Positions 17,996 to 26,919 of a stretch of DNA of 46,435 bases are shown piece by piece. Source of the stretch: Chthoniobacterales bacterium. Its GTDB lineage: Bacteria; Verrucomicrobiota; Verrucomicrobiia; Chthoniobacterales; UBA10450. The translations under genes were made by a program, and so were the position numbers. Under the pieces are notes generated by a model. It did not search any database and was not told the DNA's origin. It saw only the letters and a program-made list of their open reading frames with translations. Position 1 is the stretch's first letter. Every line of letters starts with the position of its first letter. The stretch spans positions 1 through 46,435 of the forward strand of contig JBBSLW010000001.1 of assembly GCA_038233495.1 (NCBI GenBank), written 5' to 3'.

Positions 17996-18120
17996 TGTCA
18001 TCCTGAGCCGGCGTAGCGCGGCGAAGGATCTCGCACCTGCAATTGGCGGCTTTTCGCAGCAGGGAGCGTCCTCTCCTCGATTGTGAGATCCTTCGCCGTC
18101 TTCGCGGCTCAGGATGACAA
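17996..18120. repeat. REP/MITE-like palindromic element (GTCATCCTGAGCC...GGCGAAGGATCTC family)
   Basis: The left arm tgtcatcctgagccggcgtagcgcggcgaaggatctc (17996-) pairs with the right arm gagatccttcgccgtcttcgcggctcaggatgacaa (-18120). A second family member lies at 25958-26103. Confidence 0.8.
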
Positions 18121-18178
18121 CGTCGTAGACCAGCGCTCGCGCCCCTCGTCCCTTACGAACCTAACGAGCGGACATTCC

Positions 18179-19270
18179 TCACGGATTCTCGCCGAGTCCG
18201 GGAACCCTGGCGTAGCCGACAAACTCCGGATGTTTCCCTGAGGTGTTCGCGTTTTTCGAGCGGGCCGTCTTGAAATCAAACACGCTCACTCCGTGCTGCT
18301 TTTCGCCTTCGTAGGTGCGCCCGTCACTCGCACCGACCATGATCGGTTTCCCGGAACCTTTTTGTTTCCCGAGATAAATCATGGTGTGCGTGACCGGCGG
18401 ATCGCGCTCGACGCTGTAGGTGCCGGTCCAAAAAAGCAGGTCGCCCGGCTTTAATTCGTCGAGCTCGAAGGAATCGAGCTCACGGCTCAGGACGGCGCGG
18501 AAATTCCCTACTTTCCGCACCCAGACGTATTGGCTGCTCGCATCGCGCGGCGGGTCTTTCACGCCGTTTTCGCGCAGGACGAAATAGATGAAGCCAGAAC
18601 AATCCATCCCGCCGTTGTCGGGGTCGGCCGAGCCGTATTTATATTCGAGAGTTCGCTTCGTGAGGGCGAGCGCGCTCTCGAGAAGTTTTCGCACCGGCTC
18701 GGGGTTCTCCTTAAAGCCCTCGATCTCGTCCGGCTCCACGGTCGCGACCTTGCTTTCCGGGCTCGGGGAAGGCGTGGCGCTGGGCGACGGCGATGGCGAT
18801 TCCTCGGGAGTCGGGCTGGGAGTTTCCGTCGGGCTCGGCGAGAGCGAGGGCGATGGGCTGGGAGTCGGTGAAGATTTTTTTCGCGTCGGCCGCGGGCTCT
18901 CTTCATCCTCCGGGGTCGGAGTGGGCGAAGCTTTTTTCTTCTTCGGGCGGGGCGTCTCCTCGTCTTCGGGGGTGGCCGAGGTCCGGGCCTTGCGTTTGCT
19001 TTTCGCCTCAGGCGACGCGCTCGGGCTGGGAGACGGTGGGGGGCTGCTCTTCCGCTTTTTCCGTCGGTGGCTCGGGGTCGGCGTCGGGGTGGTAAAGAAA
19101 TTTTTGATCTTTTTCCCTAACGTCGGCTCCTCCGCGCGGACCGGCGGAGAGGGCAAAATGAGAACGGCCAGCGCGATCGCCGCAACCCGCCACGCCGTCG
19201 TTAGGCCGGAACGTCCCCGCTTCCGGTTTGTGATGACAATCTGGGAGCGGCAGCAGCGCATTGGTGGCAT
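18179..19270 (-). CDS. NlpC/P60 (C40) family peptidoglycan hydrolase with Lys/Pro/Ser/Thr-rich linker
   Basis: 363 aa. It has an N-terminal signal/TM segment and a low-complexity linker (SPTPTPEDEE.PRP..KK repeats). The C-terminal C40 domain carries the catalytic-Cys motif GGMDCSGFIYFVL and HTMIYLG. Confidence 0.8.
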   Translation of the reverse strand: MPPMRCCRSQIVITNRKRGRSGLTTAWRVAAIALAVLILPSPPVRAEEPTLGKKIKNFFTTPTPTPSHRRKKRKSSPPPSPSPSASPEAKSKRKARTSATPEDEETPRPKKKKASPTPTPEDEESPRPTRKKSSPTPSPSPSLSPSPTETPSPTPEESPSPSPSATPSPSPESKVATVEPDEIEGFKENPEPVRKLLESALALTKRTLEYKYGSADPDNGGMDCSGFIYFVLRENGVKDPPRDASSQYVWVRKVGNFRAVLSRELDSFELDELKPGDLLFWTGTYSVERDPPVTHTMIYLGKQKGSGKPIMVGASDGRTYEGEKQHGVSVFDFKTARSKNANTSGKHPEFVGYARVPGLGENP

Positions 19271-19301
19271 GTAAAGCGATTCCCGCCGACGAGCCGCGCG
19301 C

Positions 19302-20645
19302 CTACTTCCCGCCCTGCCCCAGTTCCTGCAGGATCGCCTTGTTCATCTTGATCCCGATTTCCAGGTTCTCGACCGGGAAATTCTCGTTAGGCGAATGGGC
19401 CCGGCAATCCGGCAAGGCCAGCCCGAGGAGGAGCGTTTCGACCCCGAGAATATCGCGGAACTGCGAGACAATCGGAATGCTGCCGCCTTCGCGAATCAGC
19501 GCGACGTCCTTGCCAAAAGCCTGCTGCAGGGCGCGCTGCGCCGCTTCGCCCACGGCCGAATGCGGGTCGGTCAAATACCAGGGGCCGCTGTGCCCATCAG
19601 TGATCTCCATCGTCACCCCGGGCGGCAGATGTTTTTCCAGATGTTTCCGGACCAGCTTCAGGATCTTTGCGCCATCCTGGTTGGGGACGAGGCGGAAAGT
19701 CAGCTTGGCCATGGCGTGGCTGGCGATGACGGTCTTTGTCCCCTTCCCCTGGTAACCGCCGCCGATCCCGTTGATCTCCGCGGTCGGGCGCGCCCAGAGC
19801 CGCTCCAGGGTGCTGTAGTCTTTTTCGCCGAAGAGCTCCGGCGAACCGGTCTCGTCGAGAATCTCCTTGTCGCCATCAATCGGCAGATTGCGCCACGCTT
19901 CGCGCTCCCATTCCTCGAGTGGTTTCACGTCATCGTAAAAACCTTCCACCGCGATGTGCCCGTTCTCGTCGTGCAAAGTGGCGAGCAATCGCGCCAGCGC
20001 GGTGACAGAATTCGCAACCGCGCCGCCGAAAACGCCGGAGTGCAGATCCATCTTCGAGCCGGTGATTTTCACCTCGCACGCGGTCACGCCGCGCAACCCG
20101 TAGCTCAAGGTCGGCACGCCTTTGGCGATCATCCCGGTATCGGAAACGACGGCCACATCGCACTTCAACTCATCGCGATGTTCCTTCAGGAAATTTGGGA
20201 GATTATCGCTCCCGACCTCCTCTTCGCCCTCGATGATCAGGTGCAGGTTGACCGGCAGATCGCCGTTCTCCGCCATCATTTCCTGGATGCCGAGGATGTG
20301 AGCGAAGATCTGCCCTTTGTTGTCAGTGGCGCCGCGCGCGATGACGTAGCCGTTTTTCAAAACCGGATCGAAAGGCGGCGAATCCCAGAGCTCGAGCGGA
20401 TCGGGCGGCTGCACATCGTAGTGGCCGTAGAGCATGACCGTTTTGCGGCCGGGCTGATGTTTGTTTTTCGCCCAAACGATCGGGTGCCCGGGCGTGGAAA
20501 CGAGCTGCGTCTCCAGACCGATCCCGTTCAGCTTTTCGACCAGCCAATGCGCGCATTCGCCCAGCTTTTCGGCATAAGCGTCATCCGTCGAAACGCTCGG
20601 AAACCGGAGGAAAGTATAAAACTCTTTGAGATAGGAATCGCGCAT
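19302..20645 (-). CDS. M20 family dipeptidase/acylase
   Basis: LYGHYDVQPPDP, ARGATDNKGQ and IIEGEEEVGS are typical M20 metal-binding motifs. The track ORF starts at TTG 20678, and I prefer the ATG at 20645 (MRDSYLKEF). Confidence 0.85.
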   Translation of the reverse strand: MRDSYLKEFYTFLRFPSVSTDDAYAEKLGECAHWLVEKLNGIGLETQLVSTPGHPIVWAKNKHQPGRKTVMLYGHYDVQPPDPLELWDSPPFDPVLKNGYVIARGATDNKGQIFAHILGIQEMMAENGDLPVNLHLIIEGEEEVGSDNLPNFLKEHRDELKCDVAVVSDTGMIAKGVPTLSYGLRGVTACEVKITGSKMDLHSGVFGGAVANSVTALARLLATLHDENGHIAVEGFYDDVKPLEEWEREAWRNLPIDGDKEILDETGSPELFGEKDYSTLERLWARPTAEINGIGGGYQGKGTKTVIASHAMAKLTFRLVPNQDGAKILKLVRKHLEKHLPPGVTMEITDGHSGPWYLTDPHSAVGEAAQRALQQAFGKDVALIREGGSIPIVSQFRDILGVETLLLGLALPDCRAHSPNENFPVENLEIGIKMNKAILQELGQGGK

Positions 20646-20722
20646 CCCGAAGAGTAAAGCAGCTTCGTCCGACGACAACTAACGACTTGCCGCGGCGACG
20701 CGAGTCGCGCAGCCTGCGACGG

Positions 20723-22036
20723 ATGAGCGCGCCTCTGCCACTTGCCGAAGACAGCCAACTCGTTCGCGCTCTCGGCGTCCCCAGTCTGACCGCCAACATT
20801 GTGAACTCGACGGTCGGCGCGGGCATCTTCGCTTTACCCGCGCTGGTCGCCGCGCAGCTCGGCGCCGGGGCGCCGCTCGCCTTCATTTTTTGCGCGCTGG
20901 CGATGGCGGTTTTTGTCACCTCTTTCGCGCTCGCGGGCAGCCGGGTCTCCTTAACCGGCGGACTCTATGCCTATGTCGAGGTGGCCTTTGGCCGCTACCT
21001 CGGTTTCATCGCGGGCGTCCTTTATTTCCTCACCGCCATCCTCGCTTCCTCCGGGATCGTCGCCCTCGTCGCCGACACCATCGGAACCATGGCGCCGCTC
21101 TTCGCCCGCGGCGCGCCGCATTTTCTGGTCGTGCTTCTCGTCCTCGGCGGCCTGGCCTGGGTGAATTTCCGCGGCGTTAAATCCGGGGCGCTGGCGGTCT
21201 GGATCATCACGATCCTCAAGTTGCTCCCGCTCTTGCTCTTTGTCTGCGTCGGCCTCTTTTTCGTTAGGCGCGCTGATGCCCTCTCGATCATTTGGCCGGG
21301 AGGGGCGCCTCTCGGACGCTCCGTTCTCCTCCTCCTTTTCGCCTTTGTCGGAATCGAGACCGCCCTCATGCCGAGCGGCGAGGTCAAGGATCCGGCTCGC
21401 AGCGTCCCGCGCGCGATCTACCTCGCCCTCGGAATCACGACCGTTCTCTATCTGCTCCTTCAGTTGGTCGCGCAGGGCATCCTCGGCGATTCCCTCGGAA
21501 AATTTTCGACTGCGCCGCTCGCGCAGGCCGCCGCGCAATTTCTCGGGCAACCCGGCCGCCAACTGATGCTGGTGGGCGCAAGCGTTTCCGCATTCGGTTT
21601 TCTGGCCAGCGACGTGCTCAGTTCCCCGAGGGTGCTCTTTGCTTTCGGGCGCGACGGGTTTCTCCCAAAAATCTTTGCTCGGGTGCATCCCCGGTTTCGC
21701 ACGCCGGGCGTGGCGATTATCGTCTATTGCGCAATCTCGGCCGCGCTTTCGCTCAGCTCGACTTTCCAGAACCTCGCCATCCTTTCCAACGTGGCCGTCC
21801 TTCTCCTTTACGTGCTTTCCTGCGGCGCGGCCTTGCAGTTGATGCGCCGCGATGCGCCGGCCACCGGGCGGCCTTTCCACTTTCCGGGAGCGTGGATCGT
21901 CCCGTGCCTGGGAATTTTGATCAGCCTCTGGATCCTCGCGCAGGCGACGGGCCGGGAGCTGAGCGTGGCCGCGGTGGTGGTGGTCGCGGCGACCGTGGTC
22001 TTCTTCATCCAGCGCTTGGTGAAGAAGGCGGGCTGA
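20723..22036 (+). CDS. APC-superfamily amino acid permease
   Basis: About 437 aa with about 12 predicted hydrophobic segments. The N-terminal NIVNSTVGAGIFALPA motif is typical of APC transporters. ATG at 20723. Confidence 0.8.
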   Translation: MSAPLPLAEDSQLVRALGVPSLTANIVNSTVGAGIFALPALVAAQLGAGAPLAFIFCALAMAVFVTSFALAGSRVSLTGGLYAYVEVAFGRYLGFIAGVLYFLTAILASSGIVALVADTIGTMAPLFARGAPHFLVVLLVLGGLAWVNFRGVKSGALAVWIITILKLLPLLLFVCVGLFFVRRADALSIIWPGGAPLGRSVLLLLFAFVGIETALMPSGEVKDPARSVPRAIYLALGITTVLYLLLQLVAQGILGDSLGKFSTAPLAQAAAQFLGQPGRQLMLVGASVSAFGFLASDVLSSPRVLFAFGRDGFLPKIFARVHPRFRTPGVAIIVYCAISAALSLSSTFQNLAILSNVAVLLLYVLSCGAALQLMRRDAPATGRPFHFPGAWIVPCLGILISLWILAQATGRELSVAAVVVVAATVVFFIQRLVKKAG

Positions 22037-22151
22037 ACCGTCCGTATACCATATCTTGTGCCGGGGACATGCGGCCGCCCCTGCAAATAGCGTTTATTTT
22101 TCTTGTCACCGCCGGAGCCGGGGCTTATGCACTTTCGGAGCCTCACCACCC

Positions 22152-25100
22152 ATGCATCTACATTCCCTTGAACTCTTCGGGTTCAAATCTTTCGCCGATA
22201 AGACCATCTTCAATTTCCACGAGGGCGTGACCGCCGTTGTCGGCCCTAACGGCTGCGGCAAGTCCAACGTCCTCGACGCCGTCCGCTGGGTCTTGGGCGA
22301 GCAATCGGCCAAAGCCCTCCGCGGAGGCGAAATGGCCGACGTCATTTTCAACGGCACCGATTCTCGCAAAGCCGTCGGTTACGCGGAAGTCTCCCTCACT
22401 TTCGCCGACTGCTCGGCTGAGCTCGGGGTCGACTGGCACGACGTGCGCGTGACCCGCCGCGTTTATCGCGATGGGAATTCGGAGTACCTGCTCAACAAAA
22501 CGGTCTGCCGGTTGAAGGACATCCAGGCGCTTTTCGCCGACACCGGGATCGGGCGCAGCGCCTACTCCATGATGGAGCAGGGCCGGATCGATCAGATCCT
22601 CAGCTCGCGCCCGGAAGATCGGCGCGCGGTTTTCGAAGAAGCGGCTGGGATCACGAAATACAAGGGGCAAAAGCGCGAGGCGCTGCGCAAGCTCGAGGCG
22701 ACCGAGGCCAATCTTTTGCGCCTGGGCGACATCATCAAGGAGGTGAAACGCCAGATCGGTTCGCTCCAGCGCCAGGCCGGCAAGGCGCGGCGTTATCAGA
22801 CTCTGCTGGCCGATTTGCAGGTGCTCGACACCCAACATTCCCGCAACCAGCTCGACGCGCTCGAAGCGGAACTGGAGCGCTCACGCGAAGCGACAGGAAA
22901 ATTCGACGAACACCAGCGCACCGCCGAGCGCGAGATCGAAGAGCACGAGAACGAAGTCACGGCGCAGCGCGGCCAGCTCGAGGAAGTCGACGCGCGGATC
23001 AACGACGCTCGGGCCGAAGTGCAGGGTCTGCAAAACCAGATCGCGTCGCATCGCAACCGGATCGATTTCAATCGCGAACGAGCGCAGGAACTGGGCACGT
23101 TGATCGAACGTTACGAGCTCGATGTGGAAACCGCGGAGACGAAGCGGGCCCAGCAGGAAACGGAAATCCACGACACCGATCTGCTTCTCGCGGAGACCGA
23201 GCGTCTCCTCGCGGCCAAGCAAACCGAGCTGACCGAACTCACGGAGCGCGCCGCCGAGGTGCGTCAGGAGCGCGAGGAACGCGAGCGCGAGATGCAGACG
23301 CTCGAGCTCGCCATTTCCAAGGCCGAAAACCGGCTGGCCGATCTGGAAGCAGACCTTGCCGGAACGGTCTCCCGGCGGCGCGCGACCGAGCCGCGCCTGG
23401 CCGAGCTCGCAGCGTCGTTAGGCGAAGCGGGCAGCGTGCGCGACCAGGTCGCGGCCCGGCTCGAGACGACTCGCGCCCGCGCGGACGAACAACAGGAAGC
23501 GCTCCAGGATCTGGCCGCGCAGGTTCCGGCGGCCGAAGAGGAGGTCAGCCGGCAGCAGCAACGTCTGCGCGAAGCGGAGAGCGCGCTCATGACGAGCGAC
23601 CGCGCGATCGCCGAGCGGCAATCGCGCCTCGAGATTTTGCAGCAGCTCAATGCCGAGGGCGAAGGCCTGACCGAAGGCTCGCAGGCTGTCCTGCGCGGAC
23701 TCGACAATCCGGAACGCTTTTTGCCCGCGCTCCGCGGCGCGCTCGCCTCGCTCATCGAAGTGGAGGAGCCTTTCATTCCCGCGATCGAAGCCGCTCTCGG
23801 CCGCACCCTGCACGCCATCGTTCTGCAGGACGACGCGCTCGCGAGTGAGATCCTCATCGCTGTCACCGCGCGCAAGCTCGGCCAAACCGCGCTCATCGCA
23901 CCGGAGTTGAGCGGCCATGAATCGGCCGTCTTGCCCGCGCTGCCGCCGGGCGCGATCGCCTGGGCGGCGGAGAAAATTCACGCCCCGGCACCCCTCGATG
24001 CGCTCGTCCGCCACTTGTTAGGCGAAGTCGCGCTGGTCGAGGATCTCGGAACCGCGCAGCGCCTGAAAAAGGAATTTCCGGCCCTCGCTTTCGCCACCCT
24101 GGCGGGCGATCTGATTTCAAGCAAAGGCGTCCTCTTTGGCGGACGGATCAACGGTGAGAACAGCTCGCTCTTTGCGCGCAAAGCGCAGATCACTTCCCTC
24201 GCCACGGAGCATCGCGCGCTTCTCGACGAACAAAATCAGCTCCGGGAGAAACACGCGGAGATCCAGCGCGAGCTCGACGCCGCCACCGATCGCCTCGAAG
24301 AACTCCGCGCGCAGCATCAGGCCGGGCGCGGCGAGCATTCCGCGACCGCGTTGCAGGTCAGCGCGTCCGAGCGCGAGCTGCACGAGGCCGGACGCAAAGC
24401 CGACGCTTTCGAATGGGAGCGGACCACGATCGAGCAACAGCTCCACGCTTCCGCCGAGCGGGTCGCGCAATTGGAAAGCGATGCCGCCAGCCAGCGCGAT
24501 TTTCTCGAGCAAGCCCGCACGCGCCAGAGCACACTGCAATCGGCGGTCGAAAACGCGCGCACACACGACGACCAGCTAGCCGGGCAATTGAGCGAACTGC
24601 GTCTCGCCGCCGCGACCGAGCGGCAGCGCCACGAAGGCTTGCGCAGCCAGCGCCAGCCGATGACTGCGCGCCAGGCGGAGCTGGCCGAGTTGATCGCGAC
24701 CCGGCGGACCGACATCACGAATTACCAGGCTCGCCGCGCCCAGCAGAGCGACGAAAGCGCCGCCGCCGAGCGTTCCATCGAGGAAAAAAGCGCGGAACTC
24801 ACCACCGCCGAAGCCGCCGTCGCGGAGATCGCAAACACGCGTGCCGCGCGCCTGACGGAAGTGAACGCACTCGAGGCCGACCTCCGTTTGCGCCGCAAAT
24901 CGCTCAGTGATCTGCACGACGCGCGCGGCAAGGAGGAAGTGCGCCAGACGCAGATCCAGCTCAAGCTCGAGAGCCTCGCCGAACATGTCATGCGGCGTTA
25001 CCAGATCGAGCTGCGCGATTTTGCTCCGGATCGTTATGCCTTTGCCAAAACCTATCGCGCCCAGATCAAGCAGCGCGGCAAGGCGGAGACCGAGCTGGCG

Positions 25101-25877
25101 GGCGAAGAAGCGATCGCTTTCGACGAAACGCAGCTGCGCGAAATCATCGACCAGCTCACGCGACAGCTCGACGCGATGGGCCCGGTCAACCTCGATGCCG
25201 TGCACGAGTACGACGAGCTCGAGGAGCGTCACACTTTCCTCGAAACGCAGAACACCGATCTCACCAACTCGCGCCGCGAGCTCCTCGACGTCATCGCCCG
25301 GATCAACCAGACGACCGAGAAACTTTTCGCCGAAACTTTCGCGCAGGTGCGGATCAACTTCCGCGAGATGTTTGCCGAGCTCTTCGGCGGCGGGCGCGCG
25401 GATCTCGCCCTCCTCGACGAAAACGACGCCCTGAACTGCGGCATCGACATCATCGCCAAACCGCCGGGCAAACAACTGCAAAGCGTCTCGCTCCTTTCCG
25501 GCGGCGAGCGCACGATGACGGCGGTCGCGCTCCTCTTCGCCATCTACATGGTGCGTCCGAGCCCCTTCTGCATTCTCGACGAAATGGATGCGCCGCTCGA
25601 CGAATCGAACATCAACCGCTTCATCAAGATGCTCGATCGCTTCATCGCGCAGAGCCAGTTCATCATCATCACCCACAACAAGCGCACGATCGCGAAAGCC
25701 GACGTCCTTTACGGGGTGACAATGGAAGAGCGCGGGATCAGCAAACTGGTCGGAATGCGCTTGACGAAAGCGAAACCGGAAGGCGACAGCGCCCCGGTGC
25801 GCGAGGCGACGCCGGCGCAACAGCAACCGCTCGAGCTCGACGAGGCCAATCCCGAACAGGTCGCGCTGAGTCGTTAG
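22152..25877 (+). CDS. smc: chromosome segregation protein SMC
   Basis: MHLHSLELFGFKSF...VVGPNGCGKSN (Walker A), long coiled coils, a hinge, the signature LSGGERTMTAVALLFA and Walker B FCILDEMDAPLD. ATG at 22152 inside the longer track ORF. Confidence 0.93.
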   Translation: MHLHSLELFGFKSFADKTIFNFHEGVTAVVGPNGCGKSNVLDAVRWVLGEQSAKALRGGEMADVIFNGTDSRKAVGYAEVSLTFADCSAELGVDWHDVRVTRRVYRDGNSEYLLNKTVCRLKDIQALFADTGIGRSAYSMMEQGRIDQILSSRPEDRRAVFEEAAGITKYKGQKREALRKLEATEANLLRLGDIIKEVKRQIGSLQRQAGKARRYQTLLADLQVLDTQHSRNQLDALEAELERSREATGKFDEHQRTAEREIEEHENEVTAQRGQLEEVDARINDARAEVQGLQNQIASHRNRIDFNRERAQELGTLIERYELDVETAETKRAQQETEIHDTDLLLAETERLLAAKQTELTELTERAAEVRQEREEREREMQTLELAISKAENRLADLEADLAGTVSRRRATEPRLAELAASLGEAGSVRDQVAARLETTRARADEQQEALQDLAAQVPAAEEEVSRQQQRLREAESALMTSDRAIAERQSRLEILQQLNAEGEGLTEGSQAVLRGLDNPERFLPALRGALASLIEVEEPFIPAIEAALGRTLHAIVLQDDALASEILIAVTARKLGQTALIAPELSGHESAVLPALPPGAIAWAAEKIHAPAPLDALVRHLLGEVALVEDLGTAQRLKKEFPALAFATLAGDLISSKGVLFGGRINGENSSLFARKAQITSLATEHRALLDEQNQLREKHAEIQRELDAATDRLEELRAQHQAGRGEHSATALQVSASERELHEAGRKADAFEWERTTIEQQLHASAERVAQLESDAASQRDFLEQARTRQSTLQSAVENARTHDDQLAGQLSELRLAAATERQRHEGLRSQRQPMTARQAELAELIATRRTDITNYQARRAQQSDESAAAERSIEEKSAELTTAEAAVAEIANTRAARLTEVNALEADLRLRRKSLSDLHDARGKEEVRQTQIQLKLESLAEHVMRRYQIELRDFAPDRYAFAKTYRAQIKQRGKAETELAGEEAIAFDETQLREIIDQLTRQLDAMGPVNLDAVHEYDELEERHTFLETQNTDLTNSRRELLDVIARINQTTEKLFAETFAQVRINFREMFAELFGGGRADLALLDENDALNCGIDIIAKPPGKQLQSVSLLSGGERTMTAVALLFAIYMVRPSPFCILDEMDAPLDESNINRFIKMLDRFIAQSQFIIITHNKRTIAKADVLYGVTMEERGISKLVGMRLTKAKPEGDSAPVREATPAQQQPLELDEANPEQVALSR

Positions 25878-25957
25878 GGCGCTGGCGCGTGCTTCGGCGC
25901 GGAGCGGTCACGAGCCAGCTCCCCTAACGACCGCCGCCATTCGCCAAGACTCCTTTC

Positions 25958-26103
25958 TTGTCATCCCGAGGCCGGCGCAGCGCGCCGAGGGATCTCCCCC
26001 AAGGTCTAACGGTGTGTTCTCTGGGTGAAGAATGCCGCCGACCTTGGGCGAGATCCCTCGCCGTCTGCGCGGCTCGGGATGACAACGCTCTCTCTTGTCA
26101 TCC
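25958..26103. repeat. REP/MITE-like nested palindromic element, same family as 17996-18120
   Basis: ttgtcatcccgaggccggcgcagcgcgccgagggatctc (25958-) pairs with gagatccctcgccgtctgcgcggctcgggatgacaa (26050-26085). An inner pair ccaaggtc/gaccttgg is present, and an extra partial ttgtcatcc lies at 26095-26103. Confidence 0.8.
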
Positions 26104-26172
26104 AACACGTCAGGAACCTTCGAAAATCGCGAGGCCAGAACTCGCTGGCATCGCGGCTGCTTTTGATGAGGA

Positions 26173-26835
26173 ATGAGAAGGTTCCTCGCCCTGTCCATTG
26201 TCCCTCTCCTGATCAGCACCAGCCCCGGGGGCACGAACCCGACCGCACCTTCTGCGACGAGTGGCGCGGCGGTCATTCGCGAGATGAATCTAGCCCGGCA
26301 ACACCCGGACGTTTACGCCGGCTATCTCGAAGAATTGCGAGCGAATTATCAGGGCAAAATCCTTGTCCTGCCCGGCCGGACCAGAATGCGCACAAAGGAA
26401 GGCATCGCAGCAGTCGACGAAGCGATCCGCTTCCTGCGTCGCGCTCGGCCGATCGCGCCGCTGGCCTGTTCTCCGGGAATGGCCCGCGCCGCGGCCGAGC
26501 ACGTGAACGATCAGGCCGCCGGTGGTTTCGGCCACCGCGGCTCCGACCGGAGCAAACCCGCCGCGCGCATGAATCGCCATGGAATCTGGAGCGGTGGATG
26601 GGGCGAAAACATTTCCTATGGCAAAACCTCGGCGCGCGATGTCGTCCTCGCGCTCATCATCGATGACGGACTGCGCGGACGGAAACATCGCAAGAACATC
26701 TTCAATCCGGCTTTCAATTTTGCCGGCGCGGCGGGCGGCGCGCACGCGCGTTATCGCACGGTTTGCAGCATCGATTTCGCCGGCGGCTACGTGGAAGGCG
26801 CGTCCTTCTCGAGGTCGCTCCTCGCGCGGAACTAG
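26173..26835 (+). CDS. CAP/SCP (cysteine-rich secretory protein family) domain protein, secreted
   Basis: 220 aa with a signal-like MRRFLALSIVPLLIS. It has EMNLARQHP...GHRGSD...GENISYG...LIIDDG...HRKNIF, resembling the CAP/YkwD pattern. Confidence 0.7.
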   Translation: MRRFLALSIVPLLISTSPGGTNPTAPSATSGAAVIREMNLARQHPDVYAGYLEELRANYQGKILVLPGRTRMRTKEGIAAVDEAIRFLRRARPIAPLACSPGMARAAAEHVNDQAAGGFGHRGSDRSKPAARMNRHGIWSGGWGENISYGKTSARDVVLALIIDDGLRGRKHRKNIFNPAFNFAGAAGGAHARYRTVCSIDFAGGYVEGASFSRSLLARN

Positions 26836-26919
26836 TCCGCGCTGAAAAACGCGAACGAACCTCCTCTTCGCAGGAGGTTCCTCTTGAGCATCAGGACCGG
26901 CTTTGCTGATACTGGCCGG

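Noticed and set aside
18700-19100. Apparent tandem repeats in the NlpC/P60 gene (SPTPTPEDEE.PRP..KK units, SPSPS runs).
   Set aside because: This is a low-complexity Pro/Ser/Thr/Lys linker of a cell-wall hydrolase. The DNA-level repeats are imperfect and explained by the peptide composition. It is not a separate repeat element.
25908-26276. The 122-aa ORF (minus) and the ORFs at 25958-26176 and 26025-26666 (plus) covering the smc-CAP intergenic region.
   Set aside because: They are read-throughs of the palindromic repeat element (the CHPEPRRRRGISP / GLGMTRKE type peptides typical of translated REP units) and of the antisense of the CAP gene.
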